NCBI GenBank assembly: GCA_965648905.1
Contig: CBFGIT010000003.1
Coordinates: forward strand, 1 to 64,000
Reading direction: 5' to 3'
Source: a candidate division WOR-3 bacterium
GTDB lineage: Bacteria; Hydrothermota; Tepidihabitantia; Tepidihabitantales; Tepidihabitantaceae
DNA: 64,000 nt
A program made the position numbers and the translations under genes. Shown one piece after another: positions 48,497 through 58,435 of this stretch. The notes below the pieces were generated by a model. That model searched no databases and had not been told where the DNA came from. It saw only the letters and a list, made by a program, of their open reading frames with translations. The number at the start of each line of letters is the position of its first letter. Positions within the stretch are counted from its first letter, which is position 1.

Positions 48497-49528
48497 GTGA
48501 TGAGGATAGTGAGCATCGCCGGACTGTTCGCGACCGTGCTCCTGGCGTCGGATACGCTTGACACGACCAAGCCGCGGCCCGATTCACGGATTGTTGTCAT
48601 CTCGTGGGTTGGTGACATCTACCTTGCCGGCTCAGTCAACACCATGGCCCGGTTGAGAGGCATAGACTATGTGCTCGCCGGCGTGAGCGATACGCTCAAG
48701 GCCGACAGCCTGACCGTCGGTAACCTCGAAGGTTCAGTGTCCACAACCGGAAAGCCGGAAAAAGGCAAGCAGTACACGTTTCAGTCGCCACCTGATCTGC
48801 TCGACGGACTGAAGAGCGGCGGTATCGAAATGGTCTCTCTGGCCAATAACCACGTGCTCGACTTCGGCAAAGAGGCGCTCCTGGAGATGCTCGGGCACCT
48901 GAGTGCTGCCGGACTGAGGTTCGGCGGTGCCGGAGTGAGCATCGATTCAGCGTCTGCCCCGGCCCGCTTCACCATCGCCGGGCAGAAGGTGGCAGTCCTC
49001 TGCTTTAGCCGGGTCATCTCAAACCAGAACTGGCACGCGGGTTCATACACACCCGGCGTGGCCGGGGCATACGACCCGACTCGGTTGCTGGCCAGCATCG
49101 CTGCGGCCCGGGACTCAGGTGCGATTGTGGCGGTCTATCTGCACTGGGGCAAGGAAAAGAAGGACCGGCCTGAACCCTACCAGCGGCTCTTGGCTCACCG
49201 CTGCATCGAAGCCGGCGCTCACCTTGTGGTTGGCAGTCATCCCCACGTGCTTCAGGGGTTCGAGTTCTATCAGGGCAGGCTGATTGCCTACAGCCTGGGC
49301 AACTTCGTCTTCTCCAACCGCGACCACCGTCCCACAGTCATTCTCCGGACCACGTTCCGGGGCGACAGTCTTGTCTCAGCTACGATTGTCCCGTGCCGGA
49401 TTTCCTATCTCCGGCCCGAGGTCATCGAGGATAAGACCGACCGACAGCAGCTCTTCGATTATCTGACGTCGATTTCGTCGAACGTTGCTGTCGACCGCGC
49501 GGGTCAGATCGCTCGGTCGCAACCGTAA
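48497..49528 (+). CDS. CapA family (PGA_cap) metallophosphatase-fold protein
   Basis: VGDI, GNLE, SLANNHVLDFG, LHWGKE, GSHPHVLQG, YSLGNFVF. Confidence 0.92.
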   Translation: MMRIVSIAGLFATVLLASDTLDTTKPRPDSRIVVISWVGDIYLAGSVNTMARLRGIDYVLAGVSDTLKADSLTVGNLEGSVSTTGKPEKGKQYTFQSPPDLLDGLKSGGIEMVSLANNHVLDFGKEALLEMLGHLSAAGLRFGGAGVSIDSASAPARFTIAGQKVAVLCFSRVISNQNWHAGSYTPGVAGAYDPTRLLASIAAARDSGAIVAVYLHWGKEKKDRPEPYQRLLAHRCIEAGAHLVVGSHPHVLQGFEFYQGRLIAYSLGNFVFSNRDHRPTVILRTTFRGDSLVSATIVPCRISYLRPEVIEDKTDRQQLFDYLTSISSNVAVDRAGQIARSQP

Positions 49529-49533
49529 CAGGC

Positions 49534-50433
49534 TCACTCCAGACAGACGTTTTCGCCGGACTTGCACTCGCCACACTCAAGCTCCAAAGTGACGTGGTTG
49601 AGCGTGAAGTTCTCGGCCAGGGCGCGCTCGAGGCGTGAGAGGAGCGGGTGATATGAACTGACCGGGCCGTCGGTCACCACGAGGTGGGCCATCAGCGCCC
49701 GCTCGCCTTCCCCAAGGGTCCAGATGTGCAGGTCGTGGATATCCTTGATGACCGGGTCGAACCTCAGGACAAACGAACGCACGGCGTCGAAGCTCAGGTC
49801 ATGCGGAGTTGAGTCGATGAGGATGCTCGCCGACTCACGGAACACCGAGTATGCGCCGTACAGTACGAACCCGCTGACCCCAATCGACAGCAGCGGGTCG
49901 ACGAAGTACCAGCCGGTCAGACTGATGATCATGCCGCCGACAAGCACCGCCCCCCACCCAAAGAAATCCTCAAGCAGATGCCACATCGCGGCCCGAATAT
50001 TCAGGCTGGTCTGGTCCCGGCGCAGCAGCAAGACGGCCAGGCCGTTCACTGCCAGGCCGACCACGGCCATGATGATGAGTATCGGGCTCCGGACCGGCTC
50101 GGGGTGGAACAGGCGCACAACCGCGGCCCGGAGCACAAAGGCGGTCAGGCCGACAAGGATCACCGCATTAAGGAAAGCGGTCAGGATGCGTACCTTGCGA
50201 TAGCCGAACGTCCGGCGACGGTTCGGAGCACGCTCCGACATCCGCAGCCCGAAGTACGACAACCCGAGCGCGACCGCATCACTGGCATCGTGCAGCGCGT
50301 CTGCCACGAGCACAAGCGAGTTGGCCACAAGACCAAATACCAGCTCGGCCCCAGCAAAGCCAAGGTTCAAGGCGATGGACAAGAGCAGACTGCGCCCCTG
50401 CCGGACGTGGGCGTGATGGTTGTGGGCTGTCAT
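49534..50433 (-). CDS. Cation diffusion facilitator (CzcD/ZitB-like)
   Basis: ADALHDASD, TFGYRK, HLLED, HDLHIW, H.TLE.E. Confidence 0.93.
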   Translation of the reverse strand: MTAHNHHAHVRQGRSLLLSIALNLGFAGAELVFGLVANSLVLVADALHDASDAVALGLSYFGLRMSERAPNRRRTFGYRKVRILTAFLNAVILVGLTAFVLRAAVVRLFHPEPVRSPILIIMAVVGLAVNGLAVLLLRRDQTSLNIRAAMWHLLEDFFGWGAVLVGGMIISLTGWYFVDPLLSIGVSGFVLYGAYSVFRESASILIDSTPHDLSFDAVRSFVLRFDPVIKDIHDLHIWTLGEGERALMAHLVVTDGPVSSYHPLLSRLERALAENFTLNHVTLELECGECKSGENVCLE

Positions 50434-50461
50434 AGGCCGGATATGTTATGCGAACGTGGGG

Positions 50462-51730
50462 TCAGCGCAAGCCTCGCCGGACCAACGCGACCGGCAGCTT
50501 CTCGGTTCGGGATACGCCGCCTTCTCGATACTCAAGCCAGACCGCATAGATCCCGGCTGGCAACCTGTCGCCTCGGTCCTGCCTGCCATCCCAGAACAGA
50601 ACTCCTCGTTCTTCGGTTATGGTCAAGTCCCGGCAGATAGTGCGCACTGCCCTGCCAGCCAGGTCAAACACGGCCACATTCAACCTGCCGCCAGTTTTCG
50701 CGACCCGGTACACGATGACGAGCGTATCTTCGATGCCATCACCATCCGGGCTGAAGCTGAGCCGGTCGAGAGTCAGCAGACGGTCGCTGCCTCCCGGCCG
50801 CAGATAGACACGGCGCAGGTTGTTGAGCGTATCCCGGTCAGCCGGACACAGAAGACACGCTGCCAGGTACGCATTGGTGCGCGGAACCGTGAACTCGACC
50901 GGCAGCAGCGAGTCCTCTCCCGGCTCAAGCTCCCAGCCGGCAAGCGAGTCCACGCGCTCGCCCGGCTCCAGGTGTAGCACCAGCGACCAGGTCTTATCTG
51001 AGACAAAACCCAGATTGGCGACGCGTACACTTGCCCATGCCCGCGTCCTTGGTCGCAACGACTCACCAACGGTCAGCTCGGTCACGGCAAGGTCCAGATA
51101 GGAAAAGATGCTGTTGGGTGAGCCAGGCGTGCATCGGGCCGAATCCAGACAACGCGTCCAGTTCCCGGCCATGTCTTCGTCTTCGACCCGGATTCGTTCC
51201 CACGAAAAGCCGTCACCCGCGTCACCGGGCAGCGAATCGGTCGTGTCGCATGGTGTGCCAAAGGTGCTTGTGTCCTCAAAGCCGTAGGCCGACGATGCTA
51301 CGAGAACCAGCGGGTCGTTGCCAGCCAGACCATTGCCGATGGTTGTGTTGCCGGTTGTCAGTATCAGTGCACCCGGCCCGAACCGGTACGGCTGGACATA
51401 GCCGCCGATCGGATTCGGGTCAGTGTATTCGGAGTCAAGGACCACGGCGAAACAGCCCGGATTCAGCCATGTCGTACCCAGCCGCACTGCCGGATTCTGG
51501 CGCAGAATCGATGAATCGGTCCAGGCAACCAGCCGGTCGGTCGCGTCGCCGTCGTTGATGGTCCAGCCGGCAAGGTCAACTGCATACCGTGACCGATTGT
51601 ACAGCTCTACGAACTCATTGCGGTCCTCGGGTGCATGCGCGCCTGAGGCACCGGCCGGATTCGCCATCACCTCAGTGATGACGACCCGGCTCGTGCTGAC
51701 AATCAGGGTAACCAGCAGTCCGGCGTACAA
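50462..51730 (-). CDS. Secreted lamin-tail-domain protein with CARDB-like and FlgD-like C-terminal domains
   Basis: VVITEVMANP, EFVELYN, VDLAGW, TPGSPNS, FSPDGDG..D, FDLAGR.VR, WDGR...GIY. Confidence 0.85.
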   Translation of the reverse strand: MYAGLLVTLIVSTSRVVITEVMANPAGASGAHAPEDRNEFVELYNRSRYAVDLAGWTINDGDATDRLVAWTDSSILRQNPAVRLGTTWLNPGCFAVVLDSEYTDPNPIGGYVQPYRFGPGALILTTGNTTIGNGLAGNDPLVLVASSAYGFEDTSTFGTPCDTTDSLPGDAGDGFSWERIRVEDEDMAGNWTRCLDSARCTPGSPNSIFSYLDLAVTELTVGESLRPRTRAWASVRVANLGFVSDKTWSLVLHLEPGERVDSLAGWELEPGEDSLLPVEFTVPRTNAYLAACLLCPADRDTLNNLRRVYLRPGGSDRLLTLDRLSFSPDGDGIEDTLVIVYRVAKTGGRLNVAVFDLAGRAVRTICRDLTITEERGVLFWDGRQDRGDRLPAGIYAVWLEYREGGVSRTEKLPVALVRRGLR

Positions 51731-51806
51731 CAGTTCAGAGTAGTCTCGGGGTTGTCCGTGTCAAGCAGACCGAGGCACTCCGAATCTGGGCATAATTCTG
51801 GGGACA

Positions 51807-52835
51807 GGTTTGTTAGTCAAGCCGTGCGTTAACTGCTCTCTTCTGTGACAAGGTTGACGACGGCGTCGGCCCGGCTTCTGCTGTCCCGTCGCTTTCGATA
51901 GGTGTGATGGCATGCTGCGACCGTGGGTCGGCCCCACGCGTCGGCACTCGCTGTAGCAGCGCCCGTCCCGCACCAAGGCACAAAGCAGCCGCACCAGCCG
52001 GCACGAGACTGCGGTTAGCGCAACGTTCTTCGGCTTGCCCCGCGCCACCAGCCTGGCATAGTACGGCTGCAGCGGCCAGCCGCGCCTGGCGTGCTGCACC
52101 GCCACCATGTACAGCGCCCGCCGCAACTGCGACCGGCCCCGCTTCGAGATGCGCCGGCTGCTCCGATACTGCCCCGAGTTGGTCTGATACAAGAATTGAG
52201 CCCAGCCAGCTTCAGTACTGCGGCCGCACAACTGTACTGCCCAAGCCCACCCGTCTCGGCCAGAATGACCGCAGCGGTCATCGCCCCGACTCCCTTCACA
52301 CTCATCAGGTAACGAGCCTCTGGAAGCTGCTCCAGCAGGCGCGCAATCTCTGCCAAGCCAGCGATGCGCCTCTCGAGCACGGCCAAGGTCGCAAGCATCT
52401 CACTCAGGCTGCGTTCCTGGCCGGCACTGACCGCCAGTGGGCCGATTGACTCATCGCCAGCCGCCTTGAGCCGCTTGAGCTTAGCCAGACTGGCCCGGGC
52501 CGCTCCGTCCCGGATCAGGAGCCGGCGCATCTCAGCCGCAGAGTGCGCCCGAACAGCACCAACCGTGCCGAACCGGCCCAGGACCAATCGGGCACTTGGC
52601 CGCTTGAGGTCAGGAAACACCGTCTCGAACTCAGGAAAAAGCACGTCCACGGTCTGGTGCAGGGCATTGAACCAGCCGGTCTGCTCCTTCACCAGCCGCG
52701 CCCGCAAGTTGACCAGTGCGCGCAGCTCGAGGCAGATGTCGGACAGCTCGACAAAGCCCAGGTATTGGCCCCGGACCACGAGGTCGGCAATGATGAGGGC
52801 GTCCTTACTGTCGCTCGCACCGCTTGAAAGCGGGA
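51807..52835 (-). pseudogene. IS110-family transposase remnant (5'-truncated, frameshifted)
   Basis: SDSKDALIIA and SVKGVG..TAA.ILAE.G...KLAGL in one frame; NSGQ...ISKRGRSQLRRALY...YY.RL..RGK in another; shift near 52195. Confidence 0.88.
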
Positions 52836-53150
52836 CAGCTTTCCTGTCAAGTTCGGCTCCGGCATCGGCATAATCATATAGCACTCATAGCAATTCGGGG
52901 GACATGATACGGGATTTTGGGTTGTCAATATGCGGCCGTGGTCATGCGGCACGAGGCGAAGCCGGCTGGACCTTCCTGTGTTTCACAACGTGAAGAAAGC
53001 GGTGCTGATGAGATAGCCAGTCGCAGACAGCATACGGCACACAGGATACAGGGCAGGGCGGCGAGCGAAATCTTGCCGCCCTGCTCTTGTTCGAATGGGG
53101 CCCACGGCTATGCCAGAAATGGCCGGCCTCTGACCAGAGAGTTCCTCCTG

Positions 53151-53480
53151 CGGCTTGCGGCGCGGATCGGAAGGCGGCTTGCCGAGCGGCTCCTGAAGCG
53201 GATTGGTAAGCGACGCCCGAATCGATTCTGGCTGCGCACCCGAGAGCGCAGTGCCGAGCCACAAGGAGAGCCGAAAGGACTGCGCCTCGGGTCGCGGCAG
53301 CCACCGGGGCTCGGGCCGCGCCGGCCTGAGCCGCAGGGAAAGCCGCAGGGAAAGCCGCACCGAGAGCGCTTCAGGGTTCGCTATGGGTAGCGGTTCCCTG
53401 AGCCGTATGGGGAACCGTTCCCCCTGGGGGTTCAGAATACCGGCCCGCTTTCGGCTAACTCCGTGATACTTTGAGGGTTG
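53151..53480. repeat. Degenerate 12-bp-periodic tract plus conserved end motif plus TAAC-N17-GTTG (copy 2)
   Basis: 23 in-phase units 53151-53426 (cggcttgcggcg, cggatcggaagg, cggcttgccgag ... ccgcagggaaag twice ...). Confidence 0.8.
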
Positions 53481-53609
53481 AGTCTCGAAACCGGCCAAAT
53501 CGCCATTATACAATTTTGCTGGGTGCCCTTGAGTCGCTGTCTGTGAGACGCACAAAGACGCCTCTGCGGTTTCTGCCTGGACGCAGGCCAGCCGCTCGCA
53601 AGTCCCGAG

Positions 53610-54902
53610 TCAAGGCCGGTTGCCGCTCAAACCAAGCAGGCGCAGGACCTCACCGGCAAGGTAGAATGAGCCGGCAAAGACGACAGGAAATGACGAGTCA
53701 CGCGCAATGGACACAGCGGCAGGCAGGCTCTCAGCAGTAACATAGGAGACACGCAGGCGCGTGAAGACGCGGCCCAGTTCTGCCAGTGGCAGAGCACGGG
53801 GAGAGTCGGGTCGGACCAGCACCGCGCTGTGTATCCAGCGGGTTAGTGGCCGCACGGTCTCTTTGACCAGCTTGCCGCGCAGCGAGCCGTAGACCAGTAT
53901 CACCCTTTGATTCAGGTGGTCGCGGATGACATCAGCCAGTGCTCGCCCAGAATCCGGGTTGTGGCACGAATCAACCATAATGAACGGCCTGCGGGAAACA
54001 ACCTGACACCGGGCCGGAATCATGACCTTTGCCAGGCCGCGCCTTACCCCGGCCAGTCTGATGCGCGGGTCATGCTCTGCGAGCAGGCCGAGTACGGCCA
54101 GCGCGGTCTGGCAGTTCTCGACCTGGTGCCGGCCCAGCAGAGGCAATCGGAACACAGCCCGGCCCATGTCGGTGCAGGCGGAAAAACGAGTGCCGGTTCG
54201 GGTCGGCAGTATCGGGCCGATGCTGGTTGCGGCCTCGGCGCGGTTCAGCATTGCTCTGGTGGCGTGGGCACACCGGCGCAGCTCAGCCAGCGCGTCTGGT
54301 TCCTGCCGGCCGACCACGACCGGCCTGCCCGGCCGCATGATGCCCGCTTTCTCACGCGCGATTTGCCGCCGGGTGCTGCCCAGCACCTTGACATGGTCCA
54401 GACCGATGCGGGTAATGACCGAGACCTGCGGCTCGGACAGATTCGTCGCATCCAGCCTGCCGCCGAGGCCGACCTCGACGATGCAGTAGTCTGGCCGGCG
54501 TCGGGCGAACAGGTCAAAGGCCATGGCCGTGGTCAGCTCAAAGTAGCTGACCGGCTGCCGGCGCACCAGCGGGACGAACCGTTCGACCAGCCGGGCGAAT
54601 GTCGCCGGCGGGACCGGCACACCGTTGTACTGAATCCGCTCGCGCACATTGTGGACATGAGGCGAGACGAACAGGCCGGTTCTTAGCCCGCAGCCGCGCA
54701 GAGCCGCATCGAGCATGTAGCAGACCGAGCCTTTGCCTTTGGTGCCGGCCACGAGCACGACCGAGTCGAGCTTCTGCTGTGGGTTGCCGGCCAGCCCGAG
54801 CAGGCGCCGGATGTTGTCGAGCTTGAACCGGTCGCGCGGTTTGGCCTGCTTCTCGTAGTTCACAAGCGCGTCGAGAAAGGCGACCGCGTCAGAGAATCTC
54901 AT
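53610..54902 (-). CDS. folC: Folylpolyglutamate/dihydrofolate synthase
   Basis: VAGTKGKGS, SPH...RERI, EVGLGGRLDATN, DH...LG, EKAGI, DSCHNP, GSFYL. Confidence 0.95.
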   Translation of the reverse strand: MRFSDAVAFLDALVNYEKQAKPRDRFKLDNIRRLLGLAGNPQQKLDSVVLVAGTKGKGSVCYMLDAALRGCGLRTGLFVSPHVHNVRERIQYNGVPVPPATFARLVERFVPLVRRQPVSYFELTTAMAFDLFARRRPDYCIVEVGLGGRLDATNLSEPQVSVITRIGLDHVKVLGSTRRQIAREKAGIMRPGRPVVVGRQEPDALAELRRCAHATRAMLNRAEAATSIGPILPTRTGTRFSACTDMGRAVFRLPLLGRHQVENCQTALAVLGLLAEHDPRIRLAGVRRGLAKVMIPARCQVVSRRPFIMVDSCHNPDSGRALADVIRDHLNQRVILVYGSLRGKLVKETVRPLTRWIHSAVLVRPDSPRALPLAELGRVFTRLRVSYVTAESLPAAVSIARDSSFPVVFAGSFYLAGEVLRLLGLSGNRP

Positions 54903-55680
54903 CGTCTTGCTGACTGCTGCGCAGCTCGATGCCACGGCAACTCGACCCGAGGAAACCGGCGAGCACGGCCACATGCTGCCGGCCAGCCTCGTGGCCGGCA
55001 AGGAGCTCTGACTCGATTCTGGCCAGCGCCTGGGTCAAGTTCAGCCCCGAACGATACACGAGGCGGAACGCATGCCGCAGCGCGGCCAGCTCCTCGGGCC
55101 GGAAACCGGCACGCCTGAGCCCGACCGCATTCAGTCCGCGCACCCGGCAAGGGTTGCCCGCCGCCAGCACAAAAGGCGGAATGTCCTTACCCACGTAGGA
55201 ACATGCGCCGACCATAGCCAGCCGCCCGACACGGCAGAACTGGTGTACGCCCGTAAGACCACCGATATTCGCGCCATCACCGACTTCAACGTGGCCGGCC
55301 AGTTGGACACCGTTGGTCAGTACGCACCCGGAGCCGACCCGGCAGTTGTGGGCAACATGCACATAGGCCATAACCATGTTGTTGTCGCCGATAACCGTGC
55401 TCGTACCTTCACCGCATGACCGGTGCACCGTGGCGTACTCGAAGAACTGGTTGTCCGAGCCGATCTGCACTTCGGTCGCCTCGCCCTGGTACTTGCGGTC
55501 CATCGGCCGGCCGCCGACAATCACGCCCGAAGCAAACCGGCAGCGCGCACCAACTGAGACGCGACCTTCGAACCGGCAGAACGGTCCGACTTCGGTGCCC
55601 GGCCCAAGTTTCACCTCCGGGCCAATCAGGGGCGAGGTGTCGACCGCTACCTCAGCATGCCCAAAACGACCGCTTCGCAC
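54889..55680 (-). CDS. lpxA: UDP-N-acetylglucosamine acyltransferase (start uncertain)
   Basis: Hexapeptide repeats, D.KY.GE, MAYVHVAHNC, LAGHV, VHQFCR.G, GLNAVGLRR.GF. Confidence 0.93.
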   Translation of the reverse strand: MRSGRFGHAEVAVDTSPLIGPEVKLGPGTEVGPFCRFEGRVSVGARCRFASGVIVGGRPMDRKYQGEATEVQIGSDNQFFEYATVHRSCGEGTSTVIGDNNMVMAYVHVAHNCRVGSGCVLTNGVQLAGHVEVGDGANIGGLTGVHQFCRVGRLAMVGACSYVGKDIPPFVLAAGNPCRVRGLNAVGLRRAGFRPEELAALRHAFRLVYRSGLNLTQALARIESELLAGHEAGRQHVAVLAGFLGSSCRGIELRSSQQDDEIL

Positions 55681-56066
55681 GCCAGTTCCGAACCGACTAC
55701 TATCTGTCCTTCAATCTTGTAGACCGGCCCTTTCTGACCGACGACCGTGGCGGTGATGGTCATCCGGTCACCGGGCCGGACAATGCGGCGGAATCGCGCC
55801 CGCTCGATGCCGGCAAAAAGGGTATCGCGGCCCGCGCGTTCGGTGCGCCTGGTCAAGACGAGCAGGATTCCAGCCTGGGCAATCGTCTCCACCATCACGA
55901 CACCGGGCAGCACCGGATTGCCCGGGAAATGACCAACAAAGAAGTACTCATCATGCCGGACGTCGCGATACGCTTCTATCAGGTTATCTTCCAATCGGGT
56001 CACCGCGTCAACAAAGAGAAACGGCTCGCGGTGCGGCAGGTATCGTTTCACCGCTTCGCTATCCAT
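55647..56066 (-). CDS. fabZ: 3-hydroxyacyl-ACP dehydratase
   Basis: LPHREPFLFVD, GHFPGNPVLPGV..E..AQ, RFRRIVRPGD. Confidence 0.95.
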   Translation of the reverse strand: MDSEAVKRYLPHREPFLFVDAVTRLEDNLIEAYRDVRHDEYFFVGHFPGNPVLPGVVMVETIAQAGILLVLTRRTERAGRDTLFAGIERARFRRIVRPGDRMTITATVVGQKGPVYKIEGQIVVGSELACEAVVLGMLR

Positions 56067-56068
56067 GA

Positions 56069-56851
56069 CTATGTCCGACACATCTCCTCCAGTTCGCGCA
56101 CCAGCGCGAGGTTCATCCGGTGATTGGAATTGCAGACTTCGATACTTGCCAGTATCGGCCGGCCCAGCAGCCAAAGGTCGCCCAAGAGGTCAAGAACCTT
56201 GTGGCAACCCGGCTCATTAGGCATGCGTTCATGCTTCGGGAATACCCAGCCATCATTACGCTTCAGCGGAAGGCCGAGCCTGAATCGTTGACGGAACTTC
56301 CATACCGGGCCCTCCACCGGCCCGAAGGTCCGGGCTCTGACCAGCCTGGTTCTGAAGGATTCCGGCGTGACGTCGATGACCTGGTCGTACGGGCCGTAAC
56401 CCGGTGCCCACCCGTAGACTGCAACTCTCAGCCCGCTGCCGGGCGCGACGAAGTAGCACGAGCACTTCGCATCCAAAGCCCAGTGGCAGCCGGTAATGGG
56501 CACTGCCTCCTGGACCAGTTCTCTTGTGCCGGCCCGATTCAAAGCGTGATAGAAGAGCAGACTGCTGCCGTCGCCCAGTGGTAGCTCGTTCCCTTCCACG
56601 TCCACGCCCAAGTCGGTGATACCGAGTCCGGCGCAGGCTGCCATCAAGTGCTCAATCATGTAGATGCGGTGCCGGCCCCGACCGATGCAGGTACGATTCT
56701 CGTACTCAGAAGCCCGTCTCGGAGTGGCCAGGATGCTGTCGTTGAAGACGATTCCCTCTTGACCGGGCTTCAGCCGCACCTTGACCGGGCGCTGGCTGAG
56801 CAGGCCGATGCCACTGACGCTGGTCGGGCGGCAGATGGTGCGGCGATTCAC
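56069..56851 (-). CDS. lpxC: UDP-3-O-acyl-GlcNAc deacetylase
   Basis: RRTI...SGIGL, IEHLMAA, ELPLGDGSS, ARTFG, HKVLDLLGDL, H..N. Confidence 0.9.
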   Translation of the reverse strand: MNRRTICRPTSVSGIGLLSQRPVKVRLKPGQEGIVFNDSILATPRRASEYENRTCIGRGRHRIYMIEHLMAACAGLGITDLGVDVEGNELPLGDGSSLLFYHALNRAGTRELVQEAVPITGCHWALDAKCSCYFVAPGSGLRVAVYGWAPGYGPYDQVIDVTPESFRTRLVRARTFGPVEGPVWKFRQRFRLGLPLKRNDGWVFPKHERMPNEPGCHKVLDLLGDLWLLGRPILASIEVCNSNHRMNLALVRELEEMCRT

Positions 56852-57495
56852 GAACCCCTGCCGTACTGCCGCCAGAGCCGCGCCCAGAAGCGCTTCATCG
56901 CGCCGTGTGGCCGCGCCGGGATTCCGGAGTAGTGCGCACCGGCCGGAACTGAACGGAATACCGCAGACTTGGCATGGATAACCGCATCGTCGCCGATCGT
57001 CACGTGGTCGCTGATACCTACTTGCCCGGCAAGCTGTACGCGGTCGCCGATTCGGACGCTACCGGCAATGCCGGTCTGAGCCACGATGATACAGTCCTGG
57101 CCGATGACGACATTGTGGCCGATGTGAACCAGGCAATCGACCTTGGTGCCCCGGCCGATTCGGGTCTCGCGTCCGGTTCTGGCCCGGGCGATGGTGACGT
57201 TGGCTCCGATGTCAACGTCGTCCTCAATGACAACCCGACCGTCATGCTCGAGCCGGTGATACCCGTCGGTCCGTCGCTCGTACCCGAATCCGTCGCAGCC
57301 GATAACACCGCCCGGCCCGATGCGCACGCGCGCCCCGACCGATGCCGGGCCGATGATCACGGCATGTGGTTGAACGATTGTTCCGGGTCCGATTGAGACC
57401 CCGGAGCCGATGTACACGAACGGACCAAGTCGGACGTCCGGGCCGAGCCGCACGTCATCAGCGACCCACTGAAGAGGTAACCCCGGGCTATTCAA
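56848..57495 (-). CDS. lpxD: UDP-3-O-acylglucosamine N-acyltransferase (short form)
   Basis: IGCDGFGY, V.IEDDVDIGAN.TI, TK.D.LVHIGHNV.IG, GIAGS, GQVGISDH; start placed at the TTG overlapping the upstream stop. Confidence 0.88.
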   Translation of the reverse strand: MNSPGLPLQWVADDVRLGPDVRLGPFVYIGSGVSIGPGTIVQPHAVIIGPASVGARVRIGPGGVIGCDGFGYERRTDGYHRLEHDGRVVIEDDVDIGANVTIARARTGRETRIGRGTKVDCLVHIGHNVVIGQDCIIVAQTGIAGSVRIGDRVQLAGQVGISDHVTIGDDAVIHAKSAVFRSVPAGAHYSGIPARPHGAMKRFWARLWRQYGRGS

Positions 57496-58435
57496 TGCTG
57501 CCCAACAGCACGCGGACGACTTTGCCGACCTCCTGCTGCAGGTCCTCGACCCGGCTGGCCGCACCTTCCTCAGTCTTGAGCAGGGTTCCCAGCCGAACAT
57601 TGGCAAGTGACAGTGTGAACTGGACCCGCCGGTCCTGTTTGCCCGCGCTGCCGAACACGACGAAGTCAGCATCAAGTGCCCGGGCCGCCTCAAGCGCGGA
57701 CTCCAGGACAATCTGCTGATTCTGCAGGCCACGGCCGGTCAGTTGCTGGTCAACCTTGGCGTTGGCAACCATGTCGGTGCGTGGGGTTGAACGGACGAGG
57801 TCATAGACGAACTGCCGAATCTGCGCTCCGATTCGGTCCTGCTGTGCCTGGTCGTCCCGGTTGTAGACCGGCATGATCGCGTAGACCTGCTTACCCGTGC
57901 CGCTCGGTGTCACCGGCGCGTACTCGCGGTTCAGGTCTTCGATGATACGCTCGGTCAGGTCGAGACCGGCTTGGCTGTAGACGATGCCGGCCTTGCTGGC
58001 GTCCAGTACCAGAGCATAACCTTCCTCAACCGCCACGCGGTTGACCGCGGAGTCGATCTTCTCGACAATCGGAGCAACCAACTCCTTGTTCTTCTGGTCG
58101 ATGCGGCCACCCTTGGAGTAGACCTCGGCGACATAGCCGTCGTAGCGTCGCTTGCGCTGGTCAACCTCGGCCAGCTTGGCACGCTTGCCCTCTTCTGACA
58201 AAGTCAGTTGCTGGGAGTCGTACTCCTGCTTCGCCTGTTCATAGTCCAGCTTGAGCGACTCGACCCGGGCCTCGAATTTGGCGACCGCGGCGTCGAGTTC
58301 CTTCTTGGCTTCAGCCGCGGCCTCGAGCTTGGCAATCACTCGGTCGGTGTCAACGTAGCCGACCTTGAACTCCTTGGCCAGCAGCAATGGGCTGATGGCC
58401 GACATCACAAGAACCATTCGCCGCAAGCAGCTCAT
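57488..58435 (-). CDS. skp: OmpH/Skp chaperone with extra C-terminal domain
   Basis: Signal peptide, KVGYVD, coiled coil, GY.LVLD, DLT..II..L; about 140 additional residues. Confidence 0.85.
   Translation of the reverse strand: MSCLRRMVLVMSAISPLLLAKEFKVGYVDTDRVIAKLEAAAEAKKELDAAVAKFEARVESLKLDYEQAKQEYDSQQLTLSEEGKRAKLAEVDQRKRRYDGYVAEVYSKGGRIDQKNKELVAPIVEKIDSAVNRVAVEEGYALVLDASKAGIVYSQAGLDLTERIIEDLNREYAPVTPSGTGKQVYAIMPVYNRDDQAQQDRIGAQIRQFVYDLVRSTPRTDMVANAKVDQQLTGRGLQNQQIVLESALEAARALDADFVVFGSAGKQDRRVQFTLSLANVRLGTLLKTEEGAASRVEDLQQEVGKVVRVLLGSIE

Noticed and set aside
52917..53555. ORFs on both strands over the second 12-mer tract
   Set aside because: Open in several frames because the GC-rich repeat lacks stops; no protein similarity to the copy-1 ORF.
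57496..57732. Upstream extension of lpxD that could supply the missing domain
   Set aside because: Overlaps skp out of frame and does not resemble the LpxD N-terminal domain.
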